Translations under genes and position numbers: made by a program
The notes under the pieces: model-generated
The model's input: the letters and a program-made list of their open reading frames with translations, nothing else
Databases searched by the model: none
Told to the model about the DNA's origin: nothing
Source of the DNA: Iphione sp. A-MEVVRFRX5
Taxonomy: Eukaryota
DNA: 64,000 nt
NCBI GenBank assembly: GCA_976226885.1
Contig: OZ320314.1
Location: forward strand, 126,914,001-126,978,000
Direction: 5' to 3'
Shown here: positions 38,401 through 51,600 of the stretch, one piece after another
Layout: each line of letters starts with the position of its first letter
Numbering within the stretch: the stretch's first letter is position 1

Positions 38401-38680
38401 TTACAGTCTGAACATCCCACTCTAACATCCTTGAGGTAGTTCCTTCCCTCAAGGTGTACTCTTATGACTTGGCAAAAGGTGGGTAGAGTATCTCTTGCTC
38501 ACTGTTCGACGTAATAGTTGCAGCTGGAGATCTGCTGTCTACTGGCTCCTCTGCACTCTCCTTCTCAACTCTGGTGGGGCTAACATGTTCTGACCTCATT
38601 CCACACTAGCGTACTGGAAGAAGTGTGCAATGTCCTCTGAAATCTGCCCCTCTAGATGGGGTTACTAGGCCCCTCTGCAA
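35446..38680 (-). mobile_element. Decayed Gypsy LTR retrotransposon: gag, protease, RT, RNase H (integrase missing)
   Basis: Zn-knuckle-like CHCCGKKG (~37570), LFVTGAD protease relic, SPWALPIVLVEKKDG..FCMDYRK, KTAF..GLFEFNAMRFGL, YLGH, YTDAS, EKEG, FIVRTDHKPL. Confidence 0.95.
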
Positions 38681-39017
38681 TTATACCTGTATAAATACTC
38701 ACTGTTATGGTGGTGAAATACATGGCCTAAATACATTGCAGGAGATTAAAGGTGATTAAAACACCATACTAGCAACTAACAACTAGAGAATGCATAACTG
38801 AAATAATCTTGCCATATAATGAAGAACACACTCAGTTGTTACATTTCAGTAGGTAAAGGATATAAATGAATATTTTCATCAGTATCTGAAGCATACCATT
38901 GACAAAAGATGCACAGTACTAACAAGTTTTACAATTAAAGTAAAAAAAATCTCACAAATGCATCAGAGTTGGCCAGCTGGGTGGATTACTTCTGCATCAT
39001 CAAAAGACAAGGGAAAA

Positions 39018-39327
39018 ATGCCTTTAAAAACCATATACAACACAAAACTTCATGGACTATATGGATATATTGCTGGTGTTACAGCAGGACTATTTGAGAC
39101 TTCTACAGGTGCCATGACTCAACTTCTTAATCATGCTATAGATGTTTTTCAACTTGGTCTTCTACGTTATATTTGCCAGACTGTACTATGTACAATATAT
39201 TTGATAACAACAAAGAATTTCAAACCTTTTGTGGACAAACCACTTGTACCATGGATGATTCTGTCATTTATACTTGGTCTGATAAACAACGTATTCTTTG
39301 TTGTTGCTCTATTCCATCTGCCAATAA
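39018..39327 (+). pseudogene. 5' fragment of an SLC35G/EamA-like transporter (copy D, inverted)
   Basis: MPLKTIYNTKLHGLYGYIAGVTAGLFETSTGAMTQLL..FHLPI, then homology is lost; paralogous 3' flank resumes at ~39490. Confidence 0.9.
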
Positions 39328-40339
39328 TAATGTTGTGTTTATTTTTATGAGCATGTGGAATTGTTAATCATTAATCGTTGAGGTTAGCAGTATTGGAGAC
39401 TGCAGGGCTTCATCGGTTAGGCAGCCCAGTTCTGAGTTGGAGGTTCTCCTGACTCTGTGTGTAGTAAGTTGTGTCACTCAGCATGTGAAAAGTGAATGCA
39501 CTGCATAGTGTCTAGATATAGGGATTATACTGCTTGTGCAGTGTGTAACTGAGTTGTATTCTGCATGTGTGGCTGACATGTTTGATTTCACAAGCAGTAA
39601 AAGGTAGGCCCATCTATGAGATAAAGCTTGCGCTTTAAGGTGTTGATAGCTGTCAAGTGATTTTTGCACAGAAGTACCTGGAGATGTAATAAATTATTTG
39701 GTTATGACCTGGGTGCAAAGGTTGATAATAAAATTGACCTGATGGTGACCGTGCAGGATGAACTCTTGTTATAAAGTCAACATTACTCTCTAACACAATG
39801 TTCATATTATTTATTGATTAATGTTATCTTACAGGTAAAAGTCACATAATGTTATGTTAGCCATTATGTTATGTTTATTGTCTTAAAGTGACTGTGTATT
39901 GGTAAGTGTACAGTTAAAAGTCTTAGTATGTAAACCTTCATACAAGACTTAACAGGAGCAAATGAAAATTCATGCATCTACATGACTTCCACCAGGTTAC
40001 TTTTGCCTAGAACTTGTTCACAACTTGTACCTAGATGCATTTGCCATATTTAAGAAATAATGTAAGAAGCCATCAGTATATATCATCTGTATCTGTAAAC
40101 ATACCCTGGATACTTGTCATTATGACATAAAAATATCAAACAATCAAATATTGTTCACTTGACATGTAATTGATAGTTATACATGCCACATGATGCCTGT
40201 GCACAGTGCTTACCAAAGTGTTTGAGTATACAAGGTTGCCTCATCGCCCTTCTCAGACTTATCTGCTGCCGACCACTGAATGCTGCTATGCTATTCTAGA
40301 AATTAAAGGCCGAGGATCTAACCTACTGGTGTGATGTAC

Positions 40340-42240
40340 ACTTTGTTGTCTACAGCCTGAAACATATATACTAAAGCCACTAGTCCTCCCTGGATGAAAA
40401 ATGCTCTATTAAAAATGATAAGACTAAAGAACTGCTTTCTTAAGAAACATCGACAATGGGGGGACAAGGATACATCCAATATATTTACATATCTTCATAG
40501 CACAGTTACCTAAACTATTAAGAGAACTAAAGAATTCTACTTTAGAAGCCAACTAAAGATAAATCTAAAGCAACTGAAGCAGTTCTGGAGCATAATGCAT
40601 ATCATCATGTGCAGGGGACATGTAATCACATAACTATTACTACTGCACTTGTTGCAGTGTATCAGAGGTATTTAACAATCCTTTTATTGCTTTTGCACAA
40701 AGGAAATTTATTGAAGCAAATATTCACACTACTATAAACAATCCACATAAATGGCATGATGATTCTGTTACAGAATTGAAGTAGCAAGCTTGCACAATAG
40801 GAGACCTAGTACCTGTAGTAAAAGGTCTTTGCCTGAACAAATCCTCAAATATTGCTGGTCCTGACACTAGAGCAATGAAGTTTCTATTTAGGCTGTTACT
40901 CAATCAACTGTTACATCAGCTGAATATGTCATTTCATACTGGTCAAATTCTGGAATCCTGGAACAGACTACAGTGAAACCATTACACAAGGGAGTTGCAA
41001 GTTCTGTACTTAATAATTATGGACTAATATATTACTGTCAATCATGTAAAAGATTCTCGAGAGGCTGGTGTTCAACCAGTTGTAAAACATCTTGAGGAAA
41101 ATTCATTACTGTGTAAAAAACCTATGTGGTTTCCATACATAATACATGAAGTACACAAAATGCAATCCATAAGGTGCTGAATGAACTTTACACCAAAAAC
41201 AGCAATAAAAAGCATGTACTCCTCCTTTTTATTGATTTCTGCAAAGCATTTTACACCATTAATCATGATTTGTTGTTGCACTGATTAACTACAATTATAA
41301 TTTCTCAATTGGCAGCCTGACATAGTTCTCTTCATTTCTGATAGGCAGGATGCAGTGTTGCTCAGCAAATGGTAGTGTATCAAAACAAAGACCTACAAAA
41401 CACGGGTACCACAGAGATCCACACTGATTCCTCCGATGTTTTCAATGTACATCAATGACTTACCCAAGTGTGTGAAAGGCTCAACAACTTTATTTGCAGA
41501 TGATATTGTTTATAAATGTAGCTGCAAGAATATAGTCTCAATATCTGACAAAAGACTGATAATCTGCAAAAGCATAGAAGAATGGTGTATGAAGAACCAG
41601 TTAATAATGAATATTAGTAAGACCAAATCAATGTATGGAGGTCCTGGCAGAAGTGATTGAAATGATATCCCTTAAAAAGTCACCTGGAAGGGGTGTAAGA
41701 GTTGTTTTGTTAGTAAATACAGATATCTTGGTCTAAATATTGATAAATACCTATGACACTTCATGCTGGACATGTTATCAAGAAACTTTCTACACAGATG
41801 TATGTTCTCTCAAAGGTCTTGATATACTTAACTAAATTTACTTCGATCCCTTATGATAAATCACTAATCCTACCAGTGATAGACTACAGTAATGCTTTCT
41901 TTACCAGTGCACACGTGCACACTTGCAGAAACTCCAAAAGAAAAAAATAGAATTTTATATCATATTTACATAAAGATCGATAAATATAAGCAAATCTCTG
42001 TTGGAATGTTACAGCATTACTATCAACATTAAAAAATTGACACAAGTTATCCAAACTAGATCTTATGTTCAGGGCATTACCTCTGGGAATATTACACGAA
42101 AGAGTACATGGGAATATCCCCACTAGACAAGAAGATGGTCTGTTGTTCCATGTTCCATGTTCCTATACCAAAAACATAGAAAGTACAAAAATCAATAGCG
42201 TATCTAGGACCAAAGACATGGAATGACCTGGATGACAGAT
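40340..42240 (+). mobile_element. Decayed CR1/L2-like LINE ORF2
   Basis: KPLHKG, IDFCKAF, MFSMYINDLP..LFADD, YLGLNID, LPVIDY, terminal LGPKTWNDL. Confidence 0.88.
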
Positions 42241-42388
42241 AGAAAAGATTGTTTATATATATATATATAAAATCTGTCTACTCTGGTTAAGAACACAACT
42301 ATACTAACTTTCTATGCATCAGTTGAACATCTTTATCATTGTATATCTCATCTGCTCATCATCACCCTACCCCCAAAATTAATAATAT

Positions 42389-42850
42389 GGGTAGTGTAAA
42401 TTATATCTTGTCTATAGATACCACCCTTGTTATGGTGATAGAAGGAGAATATATTGTTTCTGATTCTGATTCCGAATCTCAGTCCCTGACAAATAGTCAG
42501 GAGGGAAGGTTTAAGGGTATTGTTGTGGAAAATATTGCCATATGAGCTGCGATTGTAGAGTCAAGAAAGGAAAGAGTAATGGAGGGAAGTCTAAGAAGCC
42601 AGGGCACTACAAGAGTTATTGTCCTGAAATGGAGGGTGCAGAAATGGTGTGATTCCAGGGGGAAAACCAACCTGACAGGTGGGCTAGGGGGTAGTAAGCA
42701 ATAGTTTCAAGCATTGATAGATTTGGGGCCCGAGCCAGGCCCAACAGAGATTGACCTTAAATGGGTTGGAGGAGGTTTGCTGGGCGTGATTGGCAAACCC
42801 ATGATTAAATTTGCCACTGGACAGGGGAGTTCCATATTGTTATGGGAATA
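42389..42850 (+). other. Decayed coding-like relic, possibly retroelement gag/protease
   Basis: One frame open for ~150 codons with two stops; FQALIDLGPE..VGGG weakly resembles an aspartic protease LLDTGA/flap. Confidence 0.3.
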
Positions 42851-43789
42851 ATTCACTCATTCATATTTTAATGGGACTAGTTGACCCAACAAGTAGATGA
42901 GATTAATATTGCTGGTGAGTTCTTGTTCCACTGATGGCGATGGACACCATCATGTCATTAGTGAGATTAACAGTAGATATGGTCTTTGAGGCACAGTATA
43001 TGTCAGGGGATGGGGGACCCATCCACCTGCAGGGGACAACTCAGTTATCTCAGGTGTGTAACAAGGATACCTTGCTAATGAGCAGGATGTGATGATTACC
43101 AGCTACTTTGTGTCAAAAGGGAAAGGTATCATGGTCCCTTTCGTCATTGGTCCTACATAGACTCTGGCCTTTAAAAAGGGTAACGTACCAAGGCCAGTGA
43201 GATCCTACTCCTAGCTATGGTGGAGCTGATAACAGGTTTAAAAACAAATATTACAAGATAGAAAGACCCCTAGTTCCACTTTACAGCACGAATGAATAGA
43301 TTTAGTGACAATGAATACTAACATGGGGGAGGCCTCCGTTTATCACACATAAACCCTGTCATATGTTAAATTATTAACTCCCAGAAACATCTCTAACACA
43401 ACCCAATTTTGGGTTGAACACCCAACCTCTGATTCATTTGCTAAAGGTTGCCGTATTTCTGAAACTGCCACCCTTCATACCCTGGTATCGGAGAGACTGT
43501 GGTTCTGCCATTGTAGGCCATAGGCTGCTTTTCCCTGCACAAAGGCCTCATGTCCAGGCACAATGCAAGAATATTAAAAAATAAGAAAATTGCATGCTAT
43601 TACAGAGAATATGTAAAATTCAGTATGTATTCTATGTATGTACGAATATAATGGCAGTTGATTGGACAAGACTATAGAGGGATATTGATGTTGGCTTAAA
43701 ATGAAAGCACCAATGATGCACCAAAATGACTGGGGGATTGAGTGAGGCCAAAGCATGCTGCACACAGAAAATTTCTAAGTACTTCTAAC

Positions 43790-44260
43790 TCTGAAGATAA
43801 GTTGGCCATGAGAACATTGAAATATCACGTGACGATGACCTTCGCTGATTTTCAACTAAGTATATCAATGAATAGTATAACCTTAGAGCAGGTAACATCA
43901 TTTTCTTACTTAGGTGTATTGTTTTCCAGTAATATGAGCTGGGAATTTTTTATTAGACAATTAATTAGTAGAGGACAGGCTAAGCTTAAACATTTTAGAC
44001 AAATTAAAAAATATCTGAATCAAGGTTATGCATATACTATTGCTTGATCAATGATATTATTACGACTACATCTCAACATACTTATGTCCACTAAAAGGGT
44101 TAAGTTTGAGATGTTTATTGCAAGAAGTCCAGACCTCAACTGACAACGAACTCTGCACAGTGCTGGTATTTATACAGAAAATGTTACGTGCAGAGCCAAA
44201 CTGGCTGAACAGCTTGCCGGGAGCTACCTGAAACAGCTAGCATGGAGCATATCATGCAGT
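43790..44260 (+). mobile_element. LINE RT thumb/C-terminal fragment
   Basis: LEQVTSFSYLGVLFSSNMSWEFFI..LKHFRQIKKYL. Confidence 0.75.
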
Positions 44261-44282
44261 TTTGAACTTATATAAAGCATGT

Positions 44283-45674
44283 CGATGGCTGAAGCGCAAA
44301 ACCTCCTATCTGCAAAAGAGTGTATTTGGAGTAAATGAAGAAAAACTTTTTCATTTCACAAAATACGTATTTATTGAAGACAATATATAATAAAATAGAT
44401 TCTTTTAGGCCTGTCTTACTATAAACTGATTAATATCATTGGTACAGTTCTAAAACCCTAATGAAGCGCAGATAGGAGGTTTTGTCCTATATTTTCTATG
44501 TCATACTGCACTTAGGAGGTTTTGCATTTCATGTATTTTCAGTGAAATTTGTCACAAAATGGTGGAAAATAGAATAAGGATGAATTGAATCATCAAATTT
44601 AATTAAAAACAAGTGAGATTTCTCAAAAAAGTATAACTTCAATTTAAGAAGTACATCAGCTGCGTCTCTGACAACATCCAAGTGCAGATAGGAGGTTTTG
44701 CGCTTCAGGTTTTTTGGCCCAAGCTGATAGGAGATTTTTATTTTTGTTTCTTTAAGATTATCATTACATATATGTTTCCTATGAGCAAGTAAACCTCTGG
44801 AACAACCAGCAATGCCATTTCAATGTTATTATAACTCACTATAAAAACTTACTCCATTTTGTGACAAATTCTGCCGGTTGATGAGTGATAATAGGCTACC
44901 AAGCTTTTAAAGTGAACAAATTGCTTAGTGTAGTTTGTCTAGCTTGCAATAAACTATATCAAAATGCTCCACAGTAAGGCAGAAAACATGTTTTCAGCCT
45001 TGCTATACAACACCATAGTGATAAAGACAATTAAGTATCCTATCAACATCAGCTACTGTCCCTGGTAACATCCATGTGTAGATAGGAGGTTTTGCGCTTC
45101 AGGATTATTTGGCACAAGCTGATAGGAGGTTTTTACTTCAGTTCTTTCAAATAATCATTTAATATATGTTTAATTTGAGTAAATAACACTCTGGAACAAC
45201 CAGCAATACCATTTCAATGTTATTATAAACTGACTTTAAAAAACTTATTCCATTTTGTGGCAAAACCTGCTGGTCGATGAGTGATAATAGGCTACCTAGC
45301 TTTTAAAGGAAAAAAATTGCTTGTTGTAATTGTTTAGCTTGTGATAAACTCAATCAAAACATTCCACAGTGAGGCACAAAACATGTTTTCAGTCTAGCTA
45401 TATATAACCGTTGTGATCAGTATGATTAACTATCCTATCAACGTCAGCTGCTGTCTCTGGTAACATCCATGTGCAGATAGAAGGTTTTGCGCTTCAGGAT
45501 TTTTTTGGCCATGTAGATAGGAGGTTTTGTTTTTCACTAACAGCATCTTTAAAATAGTTATTTGAATTACACACATAAGTGGAAAGATGCACCCTATATT
45601 AACTAAATCATCCTAAATGAAAAACTGAAAAAGTGAAAAAATTGCAGATAGGAGGTTTTGCACTTCAGCCATCG
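44283..45674. mobile_element. Complete non-autonomous DNA transposon, Sola-compatible (33-bp TIR, 4-bp TSD)
   Basis: TIRs 44283-44315 and 45642-45674 (32/33 match); ATGT duplicated at 44279-44282 and 45675-45678; internal ~393-bp tandem units; GATAGGAGGTTTT motif repeated ~8 times. Confidence 0.92.
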
Positions 45675-46829
45675 ATGTGCCGAGTGAGTCGGTGGTGCTC
45701 TGCTAGACTATTTTCTATTTTGGAAAATGGGATGGATTTTCTTTTTGTCAATACCAATGGCAGGGTATTTAAATGACTTATAACATTTAGAAGAAATATT
45801 TATAGGGTATCACCAAGCAGGAACCAAATATGTGAGGCGATGAAAGCTATCTGTGATTCTATTTTGCTAAGGCTTGGATATATTAATTTGTTTGTTCCTG
45901 ATGATGAGGTTGAGCCCACCAGTATCTTGACTAGACATGGTATGAGAAAACAGGCCTAAAAAGCACGCTTTAAAGTGGAGTACAACGTATAGATTCCTGG
46001 AAATATGGCGAAAACTGACTGTCTCAGAAACAAAGTATGACTATATAAAGATGAAGTCACTGTGGAAGTGAATGAGACGAAGTAAACGAATATCGAGGGA
46101 ATTTTTATGTCCTTTGAATAATCGTGTTTAATTAGTGATGAGTCAGGACAGTTACGTTATCCATAAGCCATCATTTAAGAAATAATTTAAACATTGAAGT
46201 AGCAACATATCTTTTCCAAAAACATTGCACAGAACTAGTGATAAGTCAGTTTGTTATCGTATTTAGGTGAGGAATTGTCCCTATAATAAAAGTTAAAACG
46301 TTCATGGACAGGATGCGATCCCTTTAGTGGTATTATATATTATATGGTGGAAAGGTTGTGATCCGCATTAGTAGTTGAATTTGCTGTAAATCTATAGAAT
46401 TTATATTCTGTGGCTGTGTTGCCAAAATTTAATATACTGTATCTATATAGAAAGAAACGTAGGGATGACTCGCAGCAGTAACACTTGCACTTTATTGTAC
46501 TAATTAATAATTGCTCTAAGTTGATTGTTTCATTTGTATTGACACTGGATTATTGTTGCTAAGATGGACATGTTAAGTTGTGAAATCTGGCTGCAAATAC
46601 CATAGTGTATGTGAATTGACAGTATAAATGAAGTTTGGTAATGATTATAATGTGTGCCAGATGAGGTTAAGATTCAGGAAGGAATATATTGTAAATAAAT
46701 TACAAACAAACACTTTCACGCCCTAGAATTCTCGAAAAACCTAATATCTGATGTTGGACCAAGCTAGAAATGCCAGGGTGTACCCCTTAAGGCAAATGGT
46801 GTCAATAAAATGATAAAATGAACTTCTTT

Positions 46830-48682
46830 TTGAAATTGAAATTGAAATTGTTTATTTGTCTTTCTCTGCATACAGAGCTCTCCAGGACAAAGTTTAACCT
46901 TATCTCTAAGAAACAGGAGTGCATAGTAATTGGGATGATACATCAAGTTAACTTACAGGCTGAGTATGACGAGCAGTTTTGGCAATAAGTTCACATCTAT
47001 ATCACAGATCTCTCATTGTCATCACAAAAGTATATCAGGTAAACAATCTGGCTAAATTCGACGAGTAATTAGGACGATAGACTTATATCTATATCACAAA
47101 CCTCACATAGTCATCACAAAAAAAACGTTTTTAGTGGCATCAGAAAACTCGATCCAAGATAAGTAATATGTGTAGAACATCACAGATATATACTTGTAGC
47201 AAAATTACTTAATTTTAGCTCAACGATCACAGACATTTCACTGGCAGAAAAACACAGCTTAAAATCACAGATACAATCATACAGCAATCGTGTTACCAAA
47301 AATCAAACAGTTCAGAAAAACACTGTAACTAACATCAGCAGTATTATCAGCGACATTTGAACCTGATATAGTTTCTCAAGAATTTAATAATCATAGCATG
47401 TACATCTTCCCTGGTATGTTGACTAGTAAAGACTGGAGTAGATAGGTTTACACCCAAGAGCTCAGCATTTGTTCACAACTCATCACATTTACTCAGCAGC
47501 CATGCCCAGTTTTACACTAACATCACTAGTCGGCGCAGAAAAGATACAAGTACACAGGCAAGCACTGTGCAATGTATCATCAAAAAACAGTCATTAAAAT
47601 CCTTCACTCATACTCACAGTAGTCACAGTAGCATACACGCTGTCACTACCCGAACAGAGATGCCTCATATGCGAGGAGCACCTCTGGTCCCATGGGACCC
47701 AAGTTGGAGTGCCTCATAAAGGAGGAACGCCGAAGGACCCCAAGGAAACAACGAGCTGATCAAGGGACACCCCTAGAGTTGCTGGTCCCTTTGAAAGGAA
47801 GCTTCTTCCTTTGCTTGACTTCTAGCGGCAGTCTGTTCCAATTGCAGACACCACGGTATGCCAGCGACCTGGCGAAGGATGTTGATCTGGGTTTGGCCAC
47901 GCGCCCTCTAGGTTCTCGCCCCGTTCTGGTAGCTGACTCTCGGTCCAGCTGGAGTAGACCCAACTTGTGAAGTTTTTGTATGGCGCTCAATCCCTGGTGC
48001 TCAATAAGGGCCTCCAAGCGCTGGATGCCATACCTCCTGTTAAGATTGGCTGCTGAGATGTACGTAGACCTCTGTAGCACTGTTCTACAGCAACGGTTTA
48101 GGTGAATCTGCAGCCGTACCTGGTCAGCTTTCGAGATTCCATACCACAAGGACGCATGGTACCTGAAATGAGGTAATACAAGCGCCTTTAGGAGCAGCAG
48201 GCAGGCATTGAGTGGTAGAATGACCTTTAACCTAGAGATCGACTTGGTGATCGTCCATGTCTTTCTCTGTACTGCCTTAATGCTGTCCTTCATCTTCAGT
48301 TTCCCGTCGATGTGATATCCCAGTAGCTTCGTGCATTTGTCCATTCTTAGTGACTCAAGCCCTAAGGTCAGATCTAATGGTATCCCTGCAGCCGGACCTA
48401 GTGGGAGATAGGCACATTTACTGTGGCTCAGCTTGAGTCCTTCATTGATGCACCAGTTGTCGACTGCCTGTAGGGTGCGTTGGCAGAGTGAACGAAGACG
48501 CAGTAAATCTCGTGCAGCCACCAGAACAGACAAATCGTCGGCGTACATGATCGGATAGCACTCAGGTGGGAGTGCCCTGGGGAGATTGTCTACCACCAGA
48601 GTGAAGGCACTGGGCCCGAAAATCGAGCCCTGGGGCACTCCTTGGCAAAGCCTCAGCGTCTTCGAGTCTTCTTGAATAGTCA
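46830..48682 (-). mobile_element. Young 5'-truncated LINE with ~930-bp 3' UTR and (TTTCAA)n tail
   Basis: AATAAA plus CAATTTCAATTTCAATTTCAA tail at ~46830-46856; CpG-rich; intact partial ORF. Confidence 0.88.
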
Positions 48683-48683
48683 T
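47760..48683 (-). CDS. Partial LINE reverse transcriptase (C-terminal 307 aa, uninterrupted)
   Basis: GVPQGSIFGP, MYADD, LLGYHID, ARSLAYRGVCNWNRLP. Confidence 0.85.
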   Translation of the reverse strand: MTIQEDSKTLRLCQGVPQGSIFGPSAFTLVVDNLPRALPPECYPIMYADDLSVLVAARDLLRLRSLCQRTLQAVDNWCINEGLKLSHSKCAYLPLGPAAGIPLDLTLGLESLRMDKCTKLLGYHIDGKLKMKDSIKAVQRKTWTITKSISRLKVILPLNACLLLLKALVLPHFRYHASLWYGISKADQVRLQIHLNRCCRTVLQRSTYISAANLNRRYGIQRLEALIEHQGLSAIQKLHKLGLLQLDRESATRTGREPRGRVAKPRSTSFARSLAYRGVCNWNRLPLEVKQRKKLPFKGTSNSRGVP

Positions 48684-51600
48684 TTTGTGGGTATTGGGCC
48701 TAGTATTCTATCTAGTTTGAACAATAATTCTTGTATTGATGCTATAGGAGCAATTGACCTTAGATATGCACTAACACTAGTTACTGAGATAGGAGTTACT
48801 AAACACATTCTGGATTTATCTAACAATAAAGCAAATATGATTCATGATATACTTAGTTCAACTTGAAAACAAGTAATGATAACTATGAATAAAGAAATAA
48901 GAGATATTATGAACTGTAGTATCTATGCAGCTAATGTTCCAATTTCCTTGTAAATAGCTAAGTTTATAGCTCTTTATAAGAATGGTCCAAAGGAACATCC
49001 AATTAACTTCGGACCCATTAGTCAGCTCCCAATAACATCACACTTAACTGAGGACAACAGGATTATCAAGTATCTTGTGTACAATCATTTATTCACAGAT
49101 TCACAACACAGATTCAGAAAAATCAGAGGCACTGATACTGCTATATTTGCCCTGCTGGACAAAATAAACTCTGGTTTAAATAATAACAATTATCTAGCTC
49201 CTGCTTTATTGACTTTTCCAGGGCATTTTATTCTGTACTACATGATATTATATTAAGAAAATGGAACAACTAGGTTATAGATCTTATACATTCGATGAAA
49301 GAATATCCATCTAATACATACCCAAAGACTCTAGTAAATGGGATAGATTCTGATGAGTTACAATAACATGTGGTGTACCTCAGGGCTTGGTATTGGGACC
49401 TCTGCTGTTTTTAATATTTATAAATGATATGCCAGAATCTATAATGAACTGCTGATGTTTTATATATGTGGATGATGTTGCAATAATAAGTATAGAGGAT
49501 TCACATCTAGAATGCAGAGATAATCTTCAAGCTGTCATGTACAATATTCTGCAATGGGCAAGCAATTATAGGATCATGGTTAACAAGAAAAAGACTAAGG
49601 TGTTGCAATTTAGTTTAAAGGAACAAACAAAACAATTAGATATTAAATTAGGTAGCAGGATTATCAAGGAGGTACCTACATTTAAACACTTAGATGTGAT
49701 ACTGGATACAAAGCTATACTGGAATCAATATCAGGAAGTATCTCATCAGTATGATTGCAGTTAGGGTTATAGGTATTATACTCTTGTTCCCCACTTGGCG
49801 AATAAGAGTCTGTGCGGCGTCGTGTGGTATGAAAAAACTTGTGCTCATGTGTCAACGGACACTGCGTGGCTGTCTTATTTTATTACCTGTGATTGAACAC
49901 AACATCTTTGTCTTAATATAATTTAAGGGTCCAAACATAGAAAGGCTTATCAGATTGAGAAGGGCCTTGAGAAGGGCGAGAATATGAGATTTGAACTTCA
50001 AGGTAATATAGATTCAGGGATGTTAAGGAAAGCCTGTACAATGGATCATTATATAATAATCATGTTACCACTATAAGGTCTACCTGAAAAAGAAAAACTG
50101 GTAATACATGGCCTAGAAGGAAAATTTTATATATTCACCTACAGAAGGATTTCAATTAATTTGGGCAAGCATGACTGTTGATCAGCCACACTGTTCTGAA
50201 CATGCCATGAGGGTATTGTGGAAAAAGATATGTAAACAGTAAGGTGCAATGCAACCTTTACATACCCTGAATAGATGTGATCCTGCAGGGTGACATTAAT
50301 TGGACATATTAAGTCAATAAATAGTTATGTGCTATACATCATTATGAAAGGCTGATTGATGCTATCCAGGATAAGCCTATCCCTAAATGGTTGTGAACCT
50401 GATTGGGACAATATGCAATGTGAAATAATAAAGTGTCTTGGATTAATGCCCTAATAAATGAATTAATCAATAGCATGTGATCCTTCTTAAATGTATGATA
50501 CTTAACTGACTTGATTGATAATTGATGTATATTGTTACATGACTCTGTCAAAGCAAAGTGGAATAAACAAAGGCCACAAGTAGATCTGGTTTTGATGTTT
50601 ATAACAACAACAGCTCTATCATATCTATAGAAAAATGTACCCTCCACAGTACCAGAGAAAACCCAGGGTACAATGCTCCCCACAACACAACCACACAGCG
50701 TACACAAATTCTGGGGTGAGGTGCCTCCTTTAATACTAACACATATACTAATAACTTACTAGCTTAGCACAATATTACAAAATATTACAATATATATTCG
50801 TACATGCATTGGAAAGTCTTTAGTCAGCCAATGTTTTGTTTCATTCAAATAGATGTAATCATCATATGACATGTGTGGAACACCAATGTGTTATTAGTCC
50901 AAAGAAATCCTTTACACTAGTGGTTATAGGTTGAACTATCTTTGTGAGACAGGAGCTCAACCATATAATCCAGGAATTGAAAACAAAGGAAGAAAGAGTC
51001 TCTAACATGGGATTAGTTTTAGACTCAACAAACCTTTATAAATATACACTTACAAAGAACCAACTTGTACAGTTAATTCTACAGTTACATAACTTTGTCA
51101 TAAGTTGTGGCTGTATTATACACTGACTATAAATATGGAGTATGTGTAGGTGTATCTTAAATGATATGGCTCTGGTGAATGTTTGACCCCATTAGGTCTG
51201 TACAAGTAAACATCTTGAATAGATGTGTATCACTGGTTATATAGGTCAGGATTTGATATCCTGGTAATATGCCAAGTAACACAATTTTATACACTGACCT
51301 AAAATCATAACCTGGCTCCAGGATACATGTATTCTTGAGCTCTGTGCACATTAAATTTTCCAACTTATATGATACCAACTGAGTGTGACTCTGACTAACT
51401 GAGTACATGTGCTTAATTACCTGTTTATTCCTGACTGATAGTTTACACAACACTTAAGTACAAAACTATGCCAATATATTCATATGCTCACATTTTCATG
51501 TAGTCATATGATAGCATTCTGATGTATTCTAGTGGTAAAAATGACAAAGCTTGTAGGAGTGTAAGCATGTACTGATTTTCTACCTCATGATATCAATAAA

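Larger units (their letters stand above)
46750..50200 (+). mobile_element. Old CR1/L2-like LINE ORF2 interrupted by a younger LINE
   Basis: Removing 46830-48682 restores NFF|VGIGPSIL; downstream GVPQGLVLGPLLFLIFINDMP, YVDD, FKHLDVILD. Confidence 0.8.

Noticed and set aside
39615-39645. AAGCTTGCGCTTTAAG as the missing right TIR of the large element
   Set aside because: Weak match lying within the transporter 3'-flank homology block shared with 4250-4290
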